Positions 29,643 to 39,152 of a stretch of 64,000 nucleotides of DNA are shown here, piece by piece. The position numbers and the translations under genes are program-made. The stretch's first letter is position 1. Each line of letters begins with the position of its first letter. The stretch comes from an uncultured Enterobacteriaceae bacterium (lineage in GTDB: Bacteria; Myxococcota_A; UBA9042): the NCBI GenBank assembly GCA_964447285.1, contig CAYURO010000001.1, forward strand, positions 1,010-65,009, read 5' to 3'. The notes below the pieces were generated by a model. It did not search any database, was not told the origin of the DNA, and saw only the letters and a program-made list of their open reading frames with translations.

Positions 29643-29798
29643 TCCTTGTCTTGCTGCATCGCAGCGGGCCGCGCGTTTCCGGAAGTCAGGGTGGCTTTAG
29701 GGGGACGCGCCGAGGGTCGGGGAGAGCAAAGATGCCACAAAAACACGAACGCGGAAAGGATCGTCAGATCCTTCCCGCGTTCGTTTGGTCACTTGACC

Positions 29799-30116
29799 TT
29801 ACGGGACCTTGGGGGCCTCGGGAGCGGGAGCAGCCGGAGCAGCCTCAGCCGGAGCGGCGGGGGCAGCGGGAGCGGCGGCAGCCGGATCGGCCGGAGCAGC
29901 GGGAGCAGCAGCCGGGTCAACAACCGGAGCCGGCGCGGGAGCGGCAGCTTCGGGAGCCGGGGTAGGAGCGGGAACTTCAGCAGTGGGCGCAACGGGAGCA
30001 GCCGGGGCTTCAGCGGCAGCCGGAGCAGCCTCTTCAGCCTTCGGCTCTTCCTTCTTGCAGGCCACGAAGACGAGACCCAGAGCGGCGATAGCAATCAACA
30101 AACGAAAAGCAGCCAT
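29799..30116 (-). CDS. Small Pro/Ala-rich lipoprotein, paralog of the preceding gene.
   Basis: ORF 29799..30452, trimmed to the ATG at 30116 (MAAFRLLIAIAALGLVFVACKKEEPKAEEA). It shares the CKKEE mature N-terminus with the gene at 29076..29642. Confidence 0.45.
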   Translation of the reverse strand: MAAFRLLIAIAALGLVFVACKKEEPKAEEAAPAAAEAPAAPVAPTAEVPAPTPAPEAAAPAPAPVVDPAAAPAAPADPAAAAPAAPAAPAEAAPAAPAPEAPKVP

Positions 30117-30352
30117 GTGCTTCAATCTCCTGAGATTGGGAACGCTCAACCCGCTCTCCTCCGAACCTTGGAGGCCAACGCAAGGCCGAGACTGACCTGC
30201 CGGAAACACCGATGTACCGGCAGGACGTACCCACCAAGCACGCACCATGGTAGTGGAGTGCGCCAGCGTGTCAACTCGCTTGTCGTCAAGAAGGCAAAAC
30301 CGGCATACGGTGACCTCAACGCGTGTTGTATCCGACCCTACGGAGGAGTCCC

Positions 30353-32335
30353 ATGCCGAAGTTCGAGCTCGTCTCGCCCCACCGTCCCGCCGGTGACCAA
30401 GGGGCGGCCATCGCTGGCCTTTCCCTTGGATTACAGCAAGGTGAGGCCGCACAGGTCCTGTTGGGGGTCACCGGGTCCGGCAAGACCTTCACGATGGCGT
30501 GCGTGATCGCCGAGCTGCAGCGGCCGGCGCTTGTGCTCGCCCCGAACAAGATTCTGGCGGCGCAGCTTCACGCGGAGTTGAAGGGGCTGTTTCCCCACAA
30601 CGCTGTTGAGTATTTCGTCAGTTATTACGACTACTACCAGCCCGAGGCTTACGTTCCGTCGACCGACACCTACATCGAGAAGGACTCGATGATCAACGAC
30701 GAGATCGACCGGATGAGGCACGCCGCGACCTATGCGTTGCTCGAGCGGCGCGACGTCGTGATCGTGGCGTCGGTGTCGTGCATCTACGGTATCGGCGCGG
30801 CAGAGTCGTATGTCGGGATGCGGGTTCCACTGGCGGTTGGTCAAGAGATTCGCAGGGATACGCTGCTGCGCAAGCTGGTCGACGTGCAGTACGAGCGCAA
30901 CGACTTCGAGCTTGCGCGCGGCGCCTTTCGGGTGCGCGGTGACGTGATCGAGATCCAACCGGCCTATGCCGACGACCGGGCCATCCGGATCACGCTGTGG
31001 GGCGACGAGATCGAGCGTCTGGAGACCATCGATCCGCTGCGGGGCACCGTGCTGGCGTCGCAGGAAAACACGAACATCTATCCGAATTCGCACTACGCAA
31101 CGCCCGCGGAGCAGTTGATCGCAGCGCGGGAGACCATCGCGGTCGAGCTGCGGACGCGACTGCAGGAGCTTCGCGATCAAGGCAAGTTGCTGGAGGCGCA
31201 GCGGCTTGAGCAGCGCACGATGTTCGACCTGGAGAATCTGGAGAGTCGGGGCTTCACCAACGGCATCGAGAACTACGCGCGCCACTTGTCGGGGCGACTG
31301 GCGGGCGAGCCGCCGCCTACGCTGGTAGACTATTTCCCCCGCAATTTCATCACATTCATCGATGAGTCGCATGTCACCGTCGGACAGGTCGGCGGCATGT
31401 TCCGGGCGGACCGGTCGCGCAAGGAGACGTTGGTCGATCATGGGTTCCGGCTGCCCAGCGCGCTGGACAACCGCCCGCTGCGGATCGAAGAGTTCATGCA
31501 GCGAACTCCCCAGATTGTCTATGTTTCCGCCACACCCGGCGACGAAGAGCTTCGCCAGACCCATGGCGTGATCGTCGAGCAGCTGGTTCGGCCGACGGGG
31601 CTAGTGGATCCTGAGGTCGAGGTGCGCCCCGTACGGAGCCAGGTCGATGATCTGTTGGGTGAAATACGGATTGTCGCGCAAGCTGGCGAGCGGGTGCTGG
31701 TGACCACGCTGACCAAGCGGATGGCCGAGCATCTGACGGAATACTACGAGGAGTTGGGGGTGCGGGTGCGCTACATGCACTCCGACGTCGAAACTTTGGA
31801 GCGCATCGAGCTGATCCGGGGCCTGCGCGCGGGCGACTTTGACGTGCTGGTCGGCATCAACCTGTTGAGAGAAGGCCTTGATCTTCCAGAGGTTTCACTG
31901 GTTGCCATTCTGGACGCCGACAAGGAGGGCTTCCTGCGCTCGCGTCGGTCGCTGATCCAGACGATCGGGCGCGCGGCGCGCAACGTGAACGGCAGGGTGA
32001 TCCTGTACGCCGACCGCATGACCGACTCGATGGCGCAGGCGATCGCCGAGACTGAGCGACGGCGCACGGCCCAGCAAGCGCACAACCTGGCCAACGGCAT
32101 CACGCCGCGCACGATCGTCAAGGCGCACGCGCAGTCCAAGGCCGCGATGGCAGCCGGCCCGTTGCATGATGCCGAGGTGCTGGCGCGTGGTCGCAGCAAG
32201 GCGGATCTGGAGAAGCAGATCGTCGAGGTGCGCAAGAAGATGAAGGCGGCGGCCGGCGAGCTCGCCTTCGAAGAGGCAGCGCGGCTGCGCGATGAAGCGA
32301 AGCACTTGGAGCAGGTGTTGATCGCGATTGCGTAG
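30353..32335 (+). CDS. uvrB: Excinuclease ABC subunit B.
   Basis: ORF 30323..32335, trimmed to the ATG at 30353 ([10 protein letters not shown]), which has a GGAGGAG Shine-Dalgarno 4 nt upstream. It has the helicase Walker A motif [18 protein letters not shown], the beta-hairpin region and a C-terminal UvrC-interaction helix. Confidence 0.9.
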   Translation: MPKFELVSPHRPAGDQGAAIAGLSLGLQQGEAAQVLLGVTGSGKTFTMACVIAELQRPALVLAPNKILAAQLHAELKGLFPHNAVEYFVSYYDYYQPEAYVPSTDTYIEKDSMINDEIDRMRHAATYALLERRDVVIVASVSCIYGIGAAESYVGMRVPLAVGQEIRRDTLLRKLVDVQYERNDFELARGAFRVRGDVIEIQPAYADDRAIRITLWGDEIERLETIDPLRGTVLASQENTNIYPNSHYATPAEQLIAARETIAVELRTRLQELRDQGKLLEAQRLEQRTMFDLENLESRGFTNGIENYARHLSGRLAGEPPPTLVDYFPRNFITFIDESHVTVGQVGGMFRADRSRKETLVDHGFRLPSALDNRPLRIEEFMQRTPQIVYVSATPGDEELRQTHGVIVEQLVRPTGLVDPEVEVRPVRSQVDDLLGEIRIVAQAGERVLVTTLTKRMAEHLTEYYEELGVRVRYMHSDVETLERIELIRGLRAGDFDVLVGINLLREGLDLPEVSLVAILDADKEGFLRSRRSLIQTIGRAARNVNGRVILYADRMTDSMAQAIAETERRRTAQQAHNLANGITPRTIVKAHAQSKAAMAAGPLHDAEVLARGRSKADLEKQIVEVRKKMKAAAGELAFEEAARLRDEAKHLEQVLIAIA

Positions 32336-32344
32336 GCGCAGCAG

Positions 32345-35152
32345 TTACTTGCGCCGCAAGGTATGCCACTTGATCGAGGGGGCACGGCCCAGGCGCACCC
32401 GACGCAACCCCACGTCCAGCAACAACAGCAGCAACCCCCAGCGCACCAGATCGGGCCACAGCCACTGCCAGCCTCGGTGGGTCGCGCCGTGGTCGTCGAC
32501 CCAATCGGTGGGCCCGCTGCCCAGTCGGCCACCGGTGCCCTTGACCAGTGCTTCAAGGCCGGACCCAGCGGGGTCGGGCAGCCGGTACTCATCAGGATAC
32601 GGGTGGATGGCGGTGGCGCGGCCGGTCGCCAGCACTGGCTGATCGGGACTTGCGCGCAGTTGCACCAGCACGTCGTAGGGACCCAACTCGGTCAGCGGAA
32701 TGGTGGTCTCGTAGCGGCCGGCGGCGACCTCGGGCAGCGGCAGGCGCTGGCGCGTTCCGTTGGGAAGCTGCACCTCAGCGACACCAAAAAGACCTTGCAA
32801 ATAGCGATCTTCTTCGTCGATGGCGTCTGCCGCGATGCGAAGTTGATCACGCTCGCGGGCCAGCCGCACGGTGGCCGTCAGCCCCAGGTCCTCTTGCAAC
32901 AGGTCGCGCACCAGCTGTCGCGCGAAGATCGGGTAGCCGGGCCAGTCGATCCAGGCGGCGGCCCAGCGGCCCTTGAGGTCACTTGTCCACACCGTGACCT
33001 TGCCCAACCCCAGACGCCACCTCACGAGCAGCGGCTGGCCGGTGGAGGCCCGCACCAGCTCTTCGGCACCCGGCTTGACCTTGGACGGCACCAGACCTGT
33101 CAGCACCGGCGCGTTGTCGATCGCCACGCCCCGCAGCAAGTCCACGCGTCCGCCGGCTAGCCGCCGCGCGCGGATGGCCGTCTCGACCAGCGGGTCGCCT
33201 GCGATGAGTTTGGTTTCCTTGACGAAGATGCGAGGCAGGGTCTCCGGTCGGTCAGTGAAGTATGCGCGGCCGCCGCCCCGGTCGGCGATCATTTCCAGCA
33301 GGCTGCGATCGACGTCGGCGCCGATGCCGACGCTGGAGACGGTGATGCCGCCGCGACGCATCTGGCGCACCAAGGGGTCGATGCCGGCACGCGGAGCCTG
33401 GCCGTCCGTCAGCACGATCACGTGCTTGATCTTGGCAGGCGTCGACTGCAGCGCCTGCCACGCGATCTCGAGCGCGGGATAGATGTGCGTGCCGCCGCTG
33501 GGTGTCAGCTTGGAAATGTCCGTTGCGATGCGGTAGCGGTTGCCGGCGCGCTGCAAGCGGACGGCGGTGCGGGCCTCGCTGTCGAACGCGACGACGCCGA
33601 TGCGATCTTCGTGGGCCATGGCCTCAGCCGTCGCGCGGGCGGCTTCCTTGGCCAACTCCATCTTGCTGCCCGACATCGAGCCCGACCGGTCGATCAGCAA
33701 CATGAGGGCTATCGTCGGGTTTTCGACCGAGCTCTCGATGTCCATCCGCACCGGCAGCACGTGCTTGTCCAGATACGTGTTCTGGTAACCGCCGGAGCCC
33801 AGACTGTTCTCGCCGCCGATCACCAGCAGTCCGCCCCCCTGCTGCGCGTAGGCGTGCAGGTTGCGCATGTCGCCATCGCTGAGCAGCTGCACGCCGGCCG
33901 GTGTCACGCGTGGCACGTCGGACAGAATGACGGCCTGAAATTGCTTCAGTCCGGGCAAGTTGTTGGGCAGGCCATCGCCGCCGCGAACGTCGACCTCGTA
34001 GTCGTCGCCCAAGGCCCGCGCCAGCTGCTGCGCCTGAGTGGCCACGCCCTCGACGTACAGAATCTTCGGGCGCGCGCGCACGATGACGCGTGCGCGCAGG
34101 TGGTTGTTGGCGGCGAAGCGGTCCGCACCGTCGACGAGACTGCAGCTCGCGTTCAGCTCCGCCGTGCCGCCGTCCTTCAGCCGCAACTGCCCCAGCTCGA
34201 CCCGCGTGGCTCCGGGTTGCACCTGCGCGGTGACGGGCGGTAGGTCCTGCCCCGGCGCCTTGACGCGGCAAGCCACCCGGGCAATCGCGCTCGACTGCAC
34301 CGAGATCGCTACTAGAAACGGAACGTTGGCTCGTACTACCGGGGGCAGATCGAATCGCTCGATCAAGAACTCTGCCTGAGTCGGCATAGGCGGCAGCGCG
34401 GGGGTGTGCACGCGCACGCCAGCAGCTTTCAGCGTCTGGACGAGCTCACTCGCGTCGCCGCGCGTCTCGATGCCGTCGCTCCAGATGACGACGTGCGGCA
34501 CGCTCTGGGCGTCCAGCAGGCCCAGCGCCACGTTCAGCGCACCAGCGAGATCGGTCTCGCGGCTGGCAGCGGGGTGGCGCGCGATCACGGGGGACGGAAC
34601 TGCATCGTCTGTCTCGGTATCGGTGTCGGTCGGTGGCCAAGGCAGGCGCTCAGCCTCTCCGTCAAAGGCGACCACGGTCACGGGGGGCAGACGCTCCTCA
34701 TCCGCCGCGTCTAGCGTCGGCTGATCCGCTTCGATCTTCAGGACCTGCAGGTTCGTGGCGCGGGCAGATGCAGCGGCGGCGGCCAGCAGCTCGTCCGGCA
34801 CGGACTCGGAGCGGTCGACCAGATGGAGGATCTGCACACGGCGGGGCACCTTCTGCAGCGACCGGGGCCCGGCAGCGGCGACGGCCAGCAGCACCACCAG
34901 CGCGGCCCGGACCAGAACCTGCAGAGCGCGCTGGGGCTTGGGCAGATCGGTCAGGCCGAAAGGAGCCAGCAACGGCAATCCAAGTGCCAGCGCGGCAAGC
35001 CAAAGCCAGCGTGGGTGGGCAAACGAGATGCCCAACGCTTCCAGGTGCGCGAGTTCTGGCGGCACCCAGTAACCGGCCGTGATCGCGGCGGCCAGCGATA
35101 CCAGCCCTCCGGCATACAACCCTGCGGAACGAGAGGAAAACCAGTGCTTCAC
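32345..35152 (-). CDS. TM-anchored protein with two von Willebrand factor type A (vWA) domains (BatB-like).
   Basis: ORF 32345..35221. The start is the GTG at 35152, forming a GTGTGAAG overlap with the upstream stop (V K H W F S S). The MIDAS motifs are LHLVDRSESV and LMLLIDRSGSMSGS, with N-terminal TM helices. Confidence 0.7.
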   Translation of the reverse strand: MKHWFSSRSAGLYAGGLVSLAAAITAGYWVPPELAHLEALGISFAHPRWLWLAALALGLPLLAPFGLTDLPKPQRALQVLVRAALVVLLAVAAAGPRSLQKVPRRVQILHLVDRSESVPDELLAAAAASARATNLQVLKIEADQPTLDAADEERLPPVTVVAFDGEAERLPWPPTDTDTETDDAVPSPVIARHPAASRETDLAGALNVALGLLDAQSVPHVVIWSDGIETRGDASELVQTLKAAGVRVHTPALPPMPTQAEFLIERFDLPPVVRANVPFLVAISVQSSAIARVACRVKAPGQDLPPVTAQVQPGATRVELGQLRLKDGGTAELNASCSLVDGADRFAANNHLRARVIVRARPKILYVEGVATQAQQLARALGDDYEVDVRGGDGLPNNLPGLKQFQAVILSDVPRVTPAGVQLLSDGDMRNLHAYAQQGGGLLVIGGENSLGSGGYQNTYLDKHVLPVRMDIESSVENPTIALMLLIDRSGSMSGSKMELAKEAARATAEAMAHEDRIGVVAFDSEARTAVRLQRAGNRYRIATDISKLTPSGGTHIYPALEIAWQALQSTPAKIKHVIVLTDGQAPRAGIDPLVRQMRRGGITVSSVGIGADVDRSLLEMIADRGGGRAYFTDRPETLPRIFVKETKLIAGDPLVETAIRARRLAGGRVDLLRGVAIDNAPVLTGLVPSKVKPGAEELVRASTGQPLLVRWRLGLGKVTVWTSDLKGRWAAAWIDWPGYPIFARQLVRDLLQEDLGLTATVRLARERDQLRIAADAIDEEDRYLQGLFGVAEVQLPNGTRQRLPLPEVAAGRYETTIPLTELGPYDVLVQLRASPDQPVLATGRATAIHPYPDEYRLPDPAGSGLEALVKGTGGRLGSGPTDWVDDHGATHRGWQWLWPDLVRWGLLLLLLDVGLRRVRLGRAPSIKWHTLRRK

Positions 35153-37164
35153 ACGGTCCTCCTGCGCAGGTAGAGGCCGAATTCGGCGGCAAGCACGACA
35201 GTGGCGGCGAGCAACAGCCACGTCCAGCGGGGCTTGGGGGGGCTCGGATCGGACCCTTCGGCCGCATCCGGGCTTGGCGGGGCGCGCCCCAGCACCTTGA
35301 TCTCAGCCGGACCTTCCGCGGGCGGCAGCACGGTCGCGCGTGCCACTTCTCGTCCGTCGGGCGAAAGCCACACCTGCACGCCGTGGGTCTCGCTGGCGGC
35401 CAGCAGCTGTCCACCGGAAGTTCGCGCGAGCTTGGCGTCTTTCTGCCCGGGTTCCAAGTGCTTCCAGCCGGGACCGGCGCCTGCAGCCTCGATCGCCCAC
35501 GGACGGCCCAACTCCAGCGGTGCGAGCAGCGGCTCCTCCTCGCCCGCCAGCCAGGCAACGGCGTCATCCATCAGGATCGGCATGGCGAATCGGCCGCCCA
35601 GATCGGTCTCGAGCAAGTCGAGGCCCCACTCGAGGGTCCGCACCGGCGTCGTCTGCGCGACCATGACGGGGGCGGAGGGCAGCGCAGCGGCCAGCACCAC
35701 ATCGCCGGGCTGTGCTGCAACGACCCGAATTTGGTCGAAGTTCGTGTCCTGGAAGCTGACGCCCCGCATCAGCGCGTGGTCGGCCGCGCGCACCACGACT
35801 TCGGGCGCCTGGGCATAGCGGGCCTTCGGGTCGTCGGAACGCAGCAGCAAGCGCAGGCCGGGCGTGCCCTCGGGCAGCGGTCGCGCCAACTGGTCCAGCA
35901 CCACGACGTCGATGCCGTGGCGGACGCGCTCCTTCCACGCATAGGTCTCAGGCTTGTAGGCCGACGGCAGAATCGCGTGCAGACGCACTCGATCAGAAGC
36001 CAGCAACGCCGCTTCCAGAAATAGGTTTCCTTCGGTGACCAACAGCACGTGCAGCTCGTGTCGCTCGGCCAGTACGGCGAAGCCCCAGTCGTCGTAGGGG
36101 GCCAGATCCACGAACTCTGGGGCCTTGCCGGGGGGAGGCGGCTCCGGAGCGATCCTGACCGCCAGTCGCGCGGCAGAGAGGTCGACGTCCTCGAGCACGT
36201 GGCGACTGGTCCCGGGCAGCACCGTCAGGGTCGTGACCCGGCGCAGGGCTGCATCTTTGCCGAATTGTGGGGCATCCTGGGCGCGGTCGGATGCCGCGAT
36301 CGACAGACGCGCCTGCACCGGGCGGCGCGCGTCGTTGCGCAAAGTGACGGTGACGGTCCCTCGTCCCGGGTCGCCGGCGGCGGGGCGGACGCGCACATCG
36401 GCGACCGCCAGATTGTCCAAGCCCTGAGGCAGCAGCGCGGGCTCGCTCTTGGCCCCGGTGCGGTCGCGGGCAGGACCCACGCGAAGAACCTGCAGTGCGG
36501 ACGGCCACTTGGCAGGGGCCACCAGCGCCGGTCCGCCGTCGGTGACCAGCACGGTGCGCACTCGCGGTCGTCCCGCCAACGCCTGATCGGCCGCCGCGAG
36601 CGCCCTCTGCAGATCCAACCCGCCCGACGAGGTTCGCACGTCATCGAGCGCTTGCAGCAGCGTAGGCCGCGGCGCGCCCCAGCCCGAACGCACCTGGACG
36701 TGGCCGGTTGCCGACAACAGCAGGAAGCGGTCGCTCGACGGTGCCTTGCCCACCAGCTCGGCCACGGCACCCAAGGCCTCGTCGAGTCGCGTGCCTGCAA
36801 CGCCGGGTCCCAGCCGGCCGCCGCGACCGTCGCGCGACCCCATGGAAGCGGAAGTATCCAGAATCAAGACGGTATAGGAAGAACCCGCCGTCACGGCCCC
36901 CACCGCCCGAGTCAGCAGCGGGTCGGCCAATGCGGTGACCAGCAGCCCTGCGATCGCCGCCATCAGCAGCAGCGACAACAGGCGACGCCAGTGCCTGCCC
37001 ACCGCGCGCGACTCGGACTGCGCGAGCACCCGCTGCCACAACGCGCCGAATGGCACTTCGACGCGCCGCCGCCGGGGACGCAGCAGGTACAGCAGGGCAA
37101 GCGCCAAGCCGATAAGCCCGGCGAGGATGACGGCCTCGCGCACGGTGGTCAGCAAGCCCGTCAC
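35149..37164 (-). CDS. TM-anchored vWA-domain protein (BatA-like).
   Basis: ORF 35149..37164. It has two N-terminal TM helices and a MIDAS motif (LILDTSASMGS). It overlaps the DUF58 gene by 4 nt. Confidence 0.7.
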   Translation of the reverse strand: MTGLLTTVREAVILAGLIGLALALLYLLRPRRRRVEVPFGALWQRVLAQSESRAVGRHWRRLLSLLLMAAIAGLLVTALADPLLTRAVGAVTAGSSYTVLILDTSASMGSRDGRGGRLGPGVAGTRLDEALGAVAELVGKAPSSDRFLLLSATGHVQVRSGWGAPRPTLLQALDDVRTSSGGLDLQRALAAADQALAGRPRVRTVLVTDGGPALVAPAKWPSALQVLRVGPARDRTGAKSEPALLPQGLDNLAVADVRVRPAAGDPGRGTVTVTLRNDARRPVQARLSIAASDRAQDAPQFGKDAALRRVTTLTVLPGTSRHVLEDVDLSAARLAVRIAPEPPPPGKAPEFVDLAPYDDWGFAVLAERHELHVLLVTEGNLFLEAALLASDRVRLHAILPSAYKPETYAWKERVRHGIDVVVLDQLARPLPEGTPGLRLLLRSDDPKARYAQAPEVVVRAADHALMRGVSFQDTNFDQIRVVAAQPGDVVLAAALPSAPVMVAQTTPVRTLEWGLDLLETDLGGRFAMPILMDDAVAWLAGEEEPLLAPLELGRPWAIEAAGAGPGWKHLEPGQKDAKLARTSGGQLLAASETHGVQVWLSPDGREVARATVLPPAEGPAEIKVLGRAPPSPDAAEGSDPSPPKPRWTWLLLAATVVLAAEFGLYLRRRTV

Positions 37165-38075
37165 GCCAGGAACCCTCCTGCGCGAAAGACCTTCATCACG
37201 ACCTCGTCGAACGGCAGCGCGAGATCGACCTGCAGGCAGCGGGCGCCGGCTTTGCGAGCCGCACGTTCGATCTCGCCAGTGAACCCATCAAAAGCCTTGC
37301 GGTAATTCTCCATCAACGCCGGTGTCAGGCACAGCTCGCGCACATCGCCCGTCTCGCAGTCGACCAGCGCCAGATCGCCGAGCACCGGCGCGTCGAGCAG
37401 AGTCCGATCGACCAGATGCAACACCATCGGTTCGTAGCCGCGAAAGGCGAGGTAGCGCAGGCTGTCGCCCAAGCCCGCCGGGTCATAGAAGTCACTGAGC
37501 AGCACCACCAAGCCGCGGCGGGGCTGGTGGCGGGCAAAGGCCTCGATCGAGCGATGGATTTCCGTGCGCCCCCCCTGCTTGACGTCAGACAGTACACGCA
37601 GGATGCGAAAGAACTGGCTGCGCCCGCGCAGGGGTCGCATCGGAGCCTCGATGCCCTCGCCAAACGGCACGACCGACACCCGATCCAGATTCGACAGCGA
37701 GATGTACGACAGCGCCGCGGTGACCTGCAGCGACCGGTCGAACAGGCTGTGCTGGCCGTCTGCCGCCATCGTCATCGAGTTCGAGCGGTCGAGCAGGAAG
37801 TAGACGCTCAGGTCTTCTTCCTCTTCGTAAAGGCGCAGTTGCAGGCGCTCGGTGCGCGCATACAGCAGCCAGTCGATGGCCCGAGGGTCGTCGCCGGGGG
37901 CGTACTCGCGGTGGTCGGCGAACTCGATGCCGCTGCCGATCTTGCGCGACCGTCGCATCGCCCGCTGGCCGGACGTGGCGATGCGACGAGACAACAACGC
38001 AAGCTGCTCGACGCGGCCGAGAAAGGCGGCGTCGAACAGGTCGTCGCGGATCTTGCGGGCGGAACCGTCGGCCAA
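37161..38075 (-). CDS. DUF58-family protein (MoxR-associated).
   Basis: ORF 37161..38075. It shows the typical DUF58 motifs GIEFADHREYAPGDDPRAIDW and FLLDRSNSM. Confidence 0.7.
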   Translation of the reverse strand: MADGSARKIRDDLFDAAFLGRVEQLALLSRRIATSGQRAMRRSRKIGSGIEFADHREYAPGDDPRAIDWLLYARTERLQLRLYEEEEDLSVYFLLDRSNSMTMAADGQHSLFDRSLQVTAALSYISLSNLDRVSVVPFGEGIEAPMRPLRGRSQFFRILRVLSDVKQGGRTEIHRSIEAFARHQPRRGLVVLLSDFYDPAGLGDSLRYLAFRGYEPMVLHLVDRTLLDAPVLGDLALVDCETGDVRELCLTPALMENYRKAFDGFTGEIERAARKAGARCLQVDLALPFDEVVMKVFRAGGFLA

Positions 38076-38088
38076 AGCGAACTCCCTG

Positions 38089-39102
38089 CTACTTCTTGTC
38101 CAATTCCTTCAGCATCTGGGCGATCACCTGGTCGGTGCGCACGCCGTCGGCCTCTGCGTCGAAATTCAGCAGCAACCGGTGGCGCAGCACGGGCAGGGCC
38201 AGCGCTCGCACGTCGTCAACCGAGGCGTTGTAGCGCCCCTGCGTCAGTGCCCGCAGCTTGGAGCCCAACACCAGCGCCTGCACCGCACGCGGACTTGCCC
38301 CGCCGCGGAGGTATTGCTTGGCAGGCCCCAGCGTGCCGTGCGAACCGGACACCAGCCGAACGGCGAAATCGATCACGTCCGGAGACACCGGGCACTCGAG
38401 GGCAAACCGGTGGATCTCCAAGATTTCTTCGGCCTTCATCACCGCGTGCAGCGTTACCTGCTCGGCCTTGACGGTGCGGGACACGATCTCGCGCAGCTGC
38501 GCTTCGGTCGGAAACGGCACCAGCAGCTTGAACATGAACCGGTCCAACTGCGCCTCAGGCAACGGGTATGTGCCCTCCATCTCCAACGGATTCTGCGTCG
38601 CCATCACGAAGAACGGCGGCGCCAGCTGCCAAGTCTGCCGGCCGACCGTGACCGAGCGCTCCTGCATCGCCTCCAGCAGCGCCGACTGCACCTTGGGAGT
38701 TGCGCGGTTGATCTCGTCGGCCAGCAAGATGTTCGTGAAGACCGGCCCCTTCTGGAAGGTGAAGGCCCGCCCGCCCTGCTTGTCGTCCATCAGCACCTGG
38801 GCACCCACGATGTCGCTGGGCATCAGGTCGGGGGTGAACTGCACGCGCGAGAATTCCAGACTCAGCGCAGAGGCAAGGGTTCGCACCAGCAGCGTTTTTC
38901 CGAGACCCGGCACGCCCTCGAGCAAGATGTGGCCGCCGCCCAGCAGGCCCAGCAGCACGCCTTCGATGACGTCCTCCTGTCCCACCATCACGCGGCCGAG
39001 CTCGAGTTTGAGCGCGTCCAAGCGTTCGGTGATCCAGGCGACGCCCTGATCGATGTCCTGGGCAGTCGGGTCCTTGGTGACGAGCGGGGTCATGGCGGTC
39101 AT
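38089..39102 (-). CDS. MoxR-family AAA+ ATPase.
   Basis: ORF 38089..39102. It has Walker A (EGVPGLGKT), Walker B (ILLADEINRA) and the MoxR signature (ATQNPLEMEGTYPLPEAQLDRF). Confidence 0.85.
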   Translation of the reverse strand: MTAMTPLVTKDPTAQDIDQGVAWITERLDALKLELGRVMVGQEDVIEGVLLGLLGGGHILLEGVPGLGKTLLVRTLASALSLEFSRVQFTPDLMPSDIVGAQVLMDDKQGGRAFTFQKGPVFTNILLADEINRATPKVQSALLEAMQERSVTVGRQTWQLAPPFFVMATQNPLEMEGTYPLPEAQLDRFMFKLLVPFPTEAQLREIVSRTVKAEQVTLHAVMKAEEILEIHRFALECPVSPDVIDFAVRLVSGSHGTLGPAKQYLRGGASPRAVQALVLGSKLRALTQGRYNASVDDVRALALPVLRHRLLLNFDAEADGVRTDQVIAQMLKELDKK

Positions 39103-39152
39103 GGCGTGGCCTCTGCGATGTGGCCGAAAAGCGGCCGGATTCCTGCGTCGTT

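Noticed and set aside
30117-30352. Possible LexA/SOS box upstream of uvrB.
   Set aside because: I found no match to the myxobacterial or gammaproteobacterial LexA consensus; only an unrelated 8-bp inverted repeat, reported separately as a finding.
36049-37305. 418-aa plus-strand ORF and several other long plus-strand ORFs across the MoxR operon.
   Set aside because: They lie antisense to the translationally coupled vWA, DUF58 and MoxR genes, which carry clear family motifs.
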